A stretch of DNA of 64,000 nt, from positions 9,655 through 73,654 of the forward strand of contig CALCDZ010000002.1 in assembly GCA_937900255.1 (NCBI GenBank). Direction: 5' to 3'. Source of the stretch: an uncultured bacterium (lineage in GTDB: Bacteria; Patescibacteriota; Patescibacteriia; SG8-24; DYFX01). The position numbers were made by a program, and so were the translations under genes. Below the pieces are notes generated by a model, which worked only from the letters and a program-made list of their open reading frames with translations, did not search any database and had not been told where the DNA came from. Position 1 is the first letter of the stretch, and each line of letters starts with the position of its first letter. Shown here piece by piece: positions 59,143 to 64,000 of this stretch.

Positions 59143-61143
59143 ATGCCGTTCGAAGTCGAGCCGTACAATCACGACCACGAGAACGAGGTCATCCCGTTCG
59201 CCGAGACGAACTTCCGCGGAGAGAAGCGGCGTTTCGGCATCAAGACCGACGACCGCCGAAGGCACGTCTACATCGTCGGCAAGACCGGCATGGGCAAGAC
59301 GACCCTGCTCGAGAACTTCGTGCTCTCCGACATCTATGCCGGTCACGGGGTCTGCTACGTCGATCCCCACGGCGACACCGCCGACAAGATCCTCGATTTC
59401 ATCCCCCCGTGGCGCATCAACGACGTCGTCCATTTCAATCCGGCCGACATGGATTTCCCGGTCGGTTTCAACATTCTCGAGATTTCCAACGAGAACCAGA
59501 AGCACTTGGTCGCCTCCGGGCTGATGGGCGTCTTCAAGAAGATCTGGCCCGACGTCTGGTCGGCGCGCATGGAATACATCCTGCTCAACTGCGTGCAGGC
59601 GCTGCTCGACACGCCCGGCTCGACCCTTCTCGGCATCAGCCGCATCCTTGCCGACAAGGATTTCCGGAAGAAGATCGTCGAGAACGTGAAGGATCCGGTC
59701 GTCAAGGGTTTTTGGGTCAACGAGTTCGCCAAGTACACCGACAAGTTCGCTTCGGAAGCCATCGCTCCCGTCCAGAACAAGGTCGGACAGTTCCTGTCGA
59801 ATACCGTCATCCGCAACATCGTCGCGCAGTCGAAGTCGACCATCGACCTGCGCAAGATCATGGACACGCGCAAGATCCTGATCGTCAACCTCTCGAAAGG
59901 CCTGGTCGGAGAGGACTCGAGCAAGCTGCTCGGCGGCATGCTCATCACGCGCCTCCAGCTGGCCGCCATGGAACGCGTCGACATGATGGAAAAGGATCGT
60001 CAGGATTTCTACCTGTACGTCGACGAGTTCCAGAACTTCGCGACCGAATCGTTCGCCAACATCCTGTCGGAAGCCCGCAAGTACCGCCTGGCGCTCATCA
60101 CGGCCCATCAGTACATCGAGCAGCTGGAGGAGGAAGTGGCGGCCGCCGTCTTCGGCAACGTCGGCACCATCATCGCGTTCCGCGTCGGCGCGAACGATGC
60201 CCAGCAGCTCGCCAAGGAGTTCGCGCCGACCTTCGAGGAGACCGGCGAGGATTTCATCAACCTGGCGAAGTTCGAGATCTACCTGAAACTGATGATCGAC
60301 GGCGTGGCGTCGACGCCCTTTTCCGCGAAGTCGTTGCCGCCGATCGCGAAACGCACCGACAGCCGTGCCAAAGTCGTGGCGGCTTCGCGCGAGCGGTATG
60401 CCATCACGCGCGTCGAGATCGAGAAGAAGGTCAACGCATGGGCCGGGTTCGACGAGGAGACCGGGACGTTCATCGGCAAGCCTTCGGCTTCAGGAACCTC
60501 TTCGGGCGGCGATTCTTTCGGCTCCGATCCCGAACGGCAATACAAAGCCGCCTGCTCGCGGTGCGGCAAGGAACTGCATCTCAAGTTCCCTCCGGATCCG
60601 TCCAGGCCGTTCTATTGCAAGGAGTGCCTTCCGCTCGCGCGTGCCGAAGCGGCCGCTGCACCGCGGGTGCCGCAACCCTCAAGGCCTCCGGTTCCGGTCC
60701 GTCAGCCGGCGCCCATGACCCGGCCGCCGAACTCAGCCGTCGCTCCGGTGCCCGCACCGGCGAAACCGGTCGCGCCGCCGCCTCGCGCCGTGAGCCCTGC
60801 CTCATCCGCAGCTCCGGCGAAAACACCCGCCGTTTCGCCGAAGGCGACCGACGCGAGACCACCAGCCCCCCCGAAACCTCCCGTCCAAAAAACGGCTCCA
60901 TCTCCGCGCCCGCTCCCTCCCGCCCCGAAACCCGGCATGTTCGAGGGGAAGATCCGTCTCGTGCAGGAATCCGAACCCGAGAGCGCAGCGGTCGGCAAGC
61001 AGGAAAATCCTCCCTCACCGGCCCCTCCGAAAATCTCACCGCCCCCGGTCCCGCCCGTCCAATCGAGCGCTCCCTCCGTTCCGAGGGCGCTGAAGCCCGG
61101 CGAAAGCGTCAGGTTCGATGAGGAAGGGAAAAGCCCCGTTTGA
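59143..61143 (+). CDS. T4CP/VirD4-TraD-like (HerA-FtsK superfamily, DUF87-type) P-loop ATPase with C-terminal zinc ribbon and Pro/Ala-rich tail
   Basis: Walker A YIVGKTGMGKTTL. YVDPHGD (T4CP-like DPxGD). Walker B LYVDEFQNF. CSRCGK-x19-CKEC zinc ribbon. A 160-aa P/A/S-rich tail. Confidence 0.7.
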   Translation: MPFEVEPYNHDHENEVIPFAETNFRGEKRRFGIKTDDRRRHVYIVGKTGMGKTTLLENFVLSDIYAGHGVCYVDPHGDTADKILDFIPPWRINDVVHFNPADMDFPVGFNILEISNENQKHLVASGLMGVFKKIWPDVWSARMEYILLNCVQALLDTPGSTLLGISRILADKDFRKKIVENVKDPVVKGFWVNEFAKYTDKFASEAIAPVQNKVGQFLSNTVIRNIVAQSKSTIDLRKIMDTRKILIVNLSKGLVGEDSSKLLGGMLITRLQLAAMERVDMMEKDRQDFYLYVDEFQNFATESFANILSEARKYRLALITAHQYIEQLEEEVAAAVFGNVGTIIAFRVGANDAQQLAKEFAPTFEETGEDFINLAKFEIYLKLMIDGVASTPFSAKSLPPIAKRTDSRAKVVAASRERYAITRVEIEKKVNAWAGFDEETGTFIGKPSASGTSSGGDSFGSDPERQYKAACSRCGKELHLKFPPDPSRPFYCKECLPLARAEAAAAPRVPQPSRPPVPVRQPAPMTRPPNSAVAPVPAPAKPVAPPPRAVSPASSAAPAKTPAVSPKATDARPPAPPKPPVQKTAPSPRPLPPAPKPGMFEGKIRLVQESEPESAAVGKQENPPSPAPPKISPPPVPPVQSSAPSVPRALKPGESVRFDEEGKSPV

Positions 61144-61163
61144 ACGGGGTTTTTCTCTTTTCC
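61134..61163 (+). terminator. Rho-independent terminator
   Basis: CCCCGTT-tga-ACGGGG followed by TTTTTCTCTTTTCC. The stop codon lies in the loop. Confidence 0.7.
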
Positions 61164-61213
61164 TTGCGCTGCGGTAAGATTCCTGCTGAACTCACGTCTT
61201 AGCTGACGAACCG

Positions 61214-61777
61214 ATGATCGTGGAAGGATTGAAAGAGACGCTCCTGCTCGCCAGGATCCAAAGCGGCGATGAATCGGCGTTCGTCGAGGCGTACGGGCAT
61301 TTTGCGCCGAAAATCTACAGGCATGCGCTGTTCCGCACCAGTTCTCCGCAGACGGCCGAGGACGTCATGAGCGAGACGTTCGCGAGGGCGTGGGGCGTCG
61401 TGCGCGCGAGATCAGGCGAGATACGCCACCTCAAGGCGTTCCTCTATCGCATCGCGGATAATCTCATCATCGATCACTACCGGAGCAATGCGCGCGCTCC
61501 CGTGCCGATCGACGAGGATCTGGAGGCGACGCTGTCCTCGCCGAGCGACCCGCAGCGTGATCTCGATCGGACGCTCGCTTCCGACCTGCTGGCAGAGGGC
61601 CTGGCTCGCCTCCGTCCGGAAACCAGGGACTTGCTGGTCATGCGTTACATCGATGACCTGCCGATCGGACATATCGCTGAACGCACTGGAAAGAAGAAAA
61701 ATGCCGTTTACGTCGCGCTGCACCGCGCGGTAAAGGAACTCCAACAGCTATGCGCCGGACCACGCTCAGAAAACTGA
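61214..61777 (+). CDS. ECF-type RNA polymerase sigma factor
   Basis: Sigma70 region 2 (YRHALFRTSSPQTAEDVMSETFARAW) and region 4 (DLLVMRYIDDLPIGHIAERTGKKKNAVYVALHRA). Confidence 0.85.
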   Translation: MIVEGLKETLLLARIQSGDESAFVEAYGHFAPKIYRHALFRTSSPQTAEDVMSETFARAWGVVRARSGEIRHLKAFLYRIADNLIIDHYRSNARAPVPIDEDLEATLSSPSDPQRDLDRTLASDLLAEGLARLRPETRDLLVMRYIDDLPIGHIAERTGKKKNAVYVALHRAVKELQQLCAGPRSEN

Positions 61778-62574
61778 AAGCCCTCCGCCATGCTCCGGTC
61801 CCGCCGGAGGTCCTTGAGGCGGGCCGACGCAAGCTGGACGTCATCATGGCCGAGTTCCCGATGGCGCCGGGCGGCTTCCGCTTCCGCGCGATCCTTTGGA
61901 AACCGGCGATGTATGCCGCCGCCGTCGCCGTCTTCGTGGCCACGACCGGTGGAGCGGCATATGCCGCGCAGGACGCGTTGCCTGGAGACGCGCTCTATAC
62001 GGTCAAACTCGCCGCCGAGGACGTGCAGGAGAGGTTGGCGCTTTCGCCGGAGCGGAAATTCGTCGTCCAGGCGGCTCATGCCGCGAAGCGATTGGAGGAG
62101 ACGCATGTCCTTCTTCAACGCGCCGGACTCGACAGGAAAGAGCGTACCGCGCGCGTGCGCAAAGCCATCTCCGGATATGAGGATCGCCTGGCCAAGCTCG
62201 ATGCCATCGCCGCGAAGATGGCAGACGGACCTGACGCGCCGCATGAACGGGAGGGGAGATTGAAGGCTGTCCAGGCGGCGGAACGCGTCCTCGACCGTCA
62301 CGTGGACCTGGTCGCTTCCGCCACCGCTTCCGAACCGGAAACCGCCGAAAGCGTGCTCGAACCGATCGAGGGATCGGTCAAGTTCGAGCAGGATGTCTTC
62401 CTCTTTGCCGATCGCTCCGCGCATGGAGACGGGAAAGAGGCGGATGACGCCGCAGGGGCGTCTCGGGAGCTGGATGAGCGGCGAAAGGAACGCGGGGAGC
62501 GGCTCATCGATCATGTGGAACGCCTGCGAGAAGGCCTGCGGCATCGTTCGGTTGAAGCGGTCCACGGCATGTGA
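61750..62574 (+). CDS. Putative anti-sigma factor (single-TM, DUF5667-like periplasmic helical domain)
   Basis: Overlaps the sigma-factor 3' end. TM AMYAAAVAVFVATTGGAAYA. Helical charged C-domain. Confidence 0.55.
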   Translation: MRRTTLRKLKALRHAPVPPEVLEAGRRKLDVIMAEFPMAPGGFRFRAILWKPAMYAAAVAVFVATTGGAAYAAQDALPGDALYTVKLAAEDVQERLALSPERKFVVQAAHAAKRLEETHVLLQRAGLDRKERTARVRKAISGYEDRLAKLDAIAAKMADGPDAPHEREGRLKAVQAAERVLDRHVDLVASATASEPETAESVLEPIEGSVKFEQDVFLFADRSAHGDGKEADDAAGASRELDERRKERGERLIDHVERLREGLRHRSVEAVHGM

Positions 62575-63338
62575 GAAGATGGCGGCATATGGGCACTTTT
62601 GTACGGGACGCCCCTTCCGATTTTCGTCGTCACGCAGGCGGTACCCGATCTTCGGCAGTGCACGCGGCGGCCGGAGTCCTCTTTGCGTTGGTCTTGCTCG
62701 CGAAGCCGCAGGTCTCGTTCGCGGCACCCGCTTCCGATACCGACGGCGACGGTTATGACGACATGACCGAGCTCGCGAACGGCTATTCTCCGTACGGTCC
62801 CGGCAAACTCGCCGAGACGGATACGGATGGAGACGGCTTGAGCGATGCTGACGAAATCGTCTTCGGTTCGGACCCGCTCAGGCCTGACACGGACGGCGAT
62901 GGGTTCCCGGATGGCCTCGAGGTCCTGAATGCTTTCGATCCGACGCTGGGCGGAGGCGCGAGGCTCAAGAAGCGCATCGTCATCTCGCTCGCCTCCCAGA
63001 CGCTGGACTATTCCATCGGACCGAAGCATCTGGGAAGCTTCAAGGTCTCGACCGGTAAGGCGCGCACGCCGACCCCGGTCGGCGTCTTCGCGATTCGGGA
63101 TAAGAAGCCTCGCGCCTGGTCGGCGCATGCCAAGTTATACATGCCGTACTGGATGCCGTTCATCGGTACCCAGTATGGGCTGCATGAGTTGCCGGAATGG
63201 CCTGACGGCACCAAAGAGGGGCAGTGGCATCTTGGGACCCCGGCGTCCGGAGGGTGCGTCCGGTTAGGGGTCGGACCCGCCAAGACGCTGTACGAGTGGT
63301 CCGAGATCGGTACGGAGGTCGAAATAAAAAAGGCCTGA
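62571..63338 (+). CDS. L,D-transpeptidase (YkuD domain) with N-terminal DTDGDG calcium-binding (TSP3-like) repeats
   Basis: Catalytic HxxxxS/TxGC: HLGTPASGGCVRL. Three D-x-D-G-D-G repeats. Signal peptide. Start may be at M 62589. Confidence 0.8.
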   Translation: MRRWRHMGTFVRDAPSDFRRHAGGTRSSAVHAAAGVLFALVLLAKPQVSFAAPASDTDGDGYDDMTELANGYSPYGPGKLAETDTDGDGLSDADEIVFGSDPLRPDTDGDGFPDGLEVLNAFDPTLGGGARLKKRIVISLASQTLDYSIGPKHLGSFKVSTGKARTPTPVGVFAIRDKKPRAWSAHAKLYMPYWMPFIGTQYGLHELPEWPDGTKEGQWHLGTPASGGCVRLGVGPAKTLYEWSEIGTEVEIKKA

Positions 63339-63348
63339 AGACGCACGC

Positions 63349-64000
63349 ATGTATCAACTGCGCGATCCCATCCACCAGACGATCGTCTTCGACGACGACG
63401 AGAAGAAGGTCATCGACCATCCGGTCTTCCAGCGCATGCGTCACGTGCGCCAGCTCGGGTTGTCGTATCTGGTGTATCCCGGTGCCGTGCATGATCGTTT
63501 CAGTCACATGCTGGGCGCCATGCATGTGGCCGGGCGCGTGTGGGACACTATCACGGCCGCCGAAGACGCGCCGATCAGGAAAATTTTCTCTGCTGCAGAG
63601 ACGGCATATTTCCGGAGGATCTTGAGGTTCGCGGCGCTGCTTCACGACATCGGCCATGCGCCATTCTCCCACGCCTCGGAGACGTTGATGCCGCAGCTCG
63701 GCGAAATAGAGGCACCGGCGGCTTGGTACAGGGAATGGGAACCTTCGCGGCGGGCCTCGCATGAGGATTATTCGGTGATGCTGATCGCTTCGCTCGGGGC
63801 GGATCGCATGGTCCCGTTGGAGCCGCACGAGGCCCAGGACATCGCCTCGCTCCTGCATCATGGCGTGAAGCCGTCGGCGGACTGGTCGAGGAAGCATGCA
63901 GGAAAGAAAGGGGCGATCCACGACCTGCTCAGCTCGTTGATCTCGGGAGAGCTGGACGCCGATCGCATGGATTACCTCCTGCGCGACGCGTACTATGCCG
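63349..64000 (+). CDS. HD-domain phosphohydrolase (dGTPase/SAMHD1-like dNTP triphosphohydrolase), 3'-truncated by window end
   Basis: VHDRFSHMLGAMHVA and ALLHDIGHAPFSH (HD motif)...DRMDYLLRDAYYA. No stop before position 64000. Confidence 0.7.
   Translation, partial: MYQLRDPIHQTIVFDDDEKKVIDHPVFQRMRHVRQLGLSYLVYPGAVHDRFSHMLGAMHVAGRVWDTITAAEDAPIRKIFSAAETAYFRRILRFAALLHDIGHAPFSHASETLMPQLGEIEAPAAWYREWEPSRRASHEDYSVMLIASLGADRMVPLEPHEAQDIASLLHHGVKPSADWSRKHAGKKGAIHDLLSSLISGELDADRMDYLLRDAYYA

Noticed and set aside
60660-61100. Repetitive Pro/Ala-codon-rich DNA (CCG/CCC/GCC runs, C7 at 60866-60872) that could be mistaken for a tandem repeat or CRISPR-like array.
   Set aside because: No regular repeat-spacer periodicity. 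It is simply the coding sequence for the proline-rich C-terminal tail of the ATPase.

Overview
This is a GC-rich window of about 64-65% GC, densely packed with mostly short-spaced or overlapping genes. That is typical of a streamlined bacterial genome. The gene content has a Patescibacteria/CPR-like flavour, but this is inference only and the GC content is unusually high for that group. Most of the window is housekeeping. It carries an NRAMP transporter and a beta-CASP MBL-fold hydrolase. Nucleotide excision repair is present as a contiguous uvrB-uvrA-(small gene)-uvrC block. The division-cluster fragment mraZ-rsmH-ftsL sits behind a clean sigma70 promoter with MraZ-type TGGK repeats. Then come a CDP-alcohol phosphatidyltransferase, wecA/tagO-like, DUF192, rplU, recR-ybaB-dnaB, an amino-acid permease, folD-glyA, hpf-secA and secD-secF. 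Two things stand out. First, a roughly 19 kb Wzx/Wzy-type envelope glycan locus (28.0-46.9 kb) is inserted between murC and murB. It contains O-antigen-ligase-like+TPR, six GT4 genes, an ArnC/ArnT/ArnD-like triad (GT2 synthase, GT-C transferase, NodB deacetylase), three SAM methyltransferases, a GT-B::GT-C fusion, a Wzx flippase, a WbaP-like phosphoglycosyl transferase and WecB. Second, a membrane protein followed by a soluble T4CP/HerA-FtsK-superfamily ATPase with zinc ribbon and proline-rich tail lies directly downstream of secDF and is a candidate uncharacterised two-gene system. Other notable items follow. SecD carries an inserted parvulin (PpiC) PPIase domain. A nucleotide-salvage neighbourhood contains NUDIX, two dNK-like P-loop kinases, a HAD nucleotidase-like gene and an HD dNTPase-like gene truncated at the window end. 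A low-GC islet encodes a Cys/Trp-rich lipoprotein plus a small membrane protein, with G7 and A9 homopolymer tracts (possible phase variation / toxin-immunity pair). A strong promoter drives four small secreted or membrane proteins. An ECF sigma, anti-sigma and L,D-transpeptidase operon has DTDGDG calcium-binding repeats. No rRNA, tRNA, CRISPR array or recognisable transposase was found. Many long ORFs in the six-frame track are antisense or alternate-frame artefacts of high GC content.
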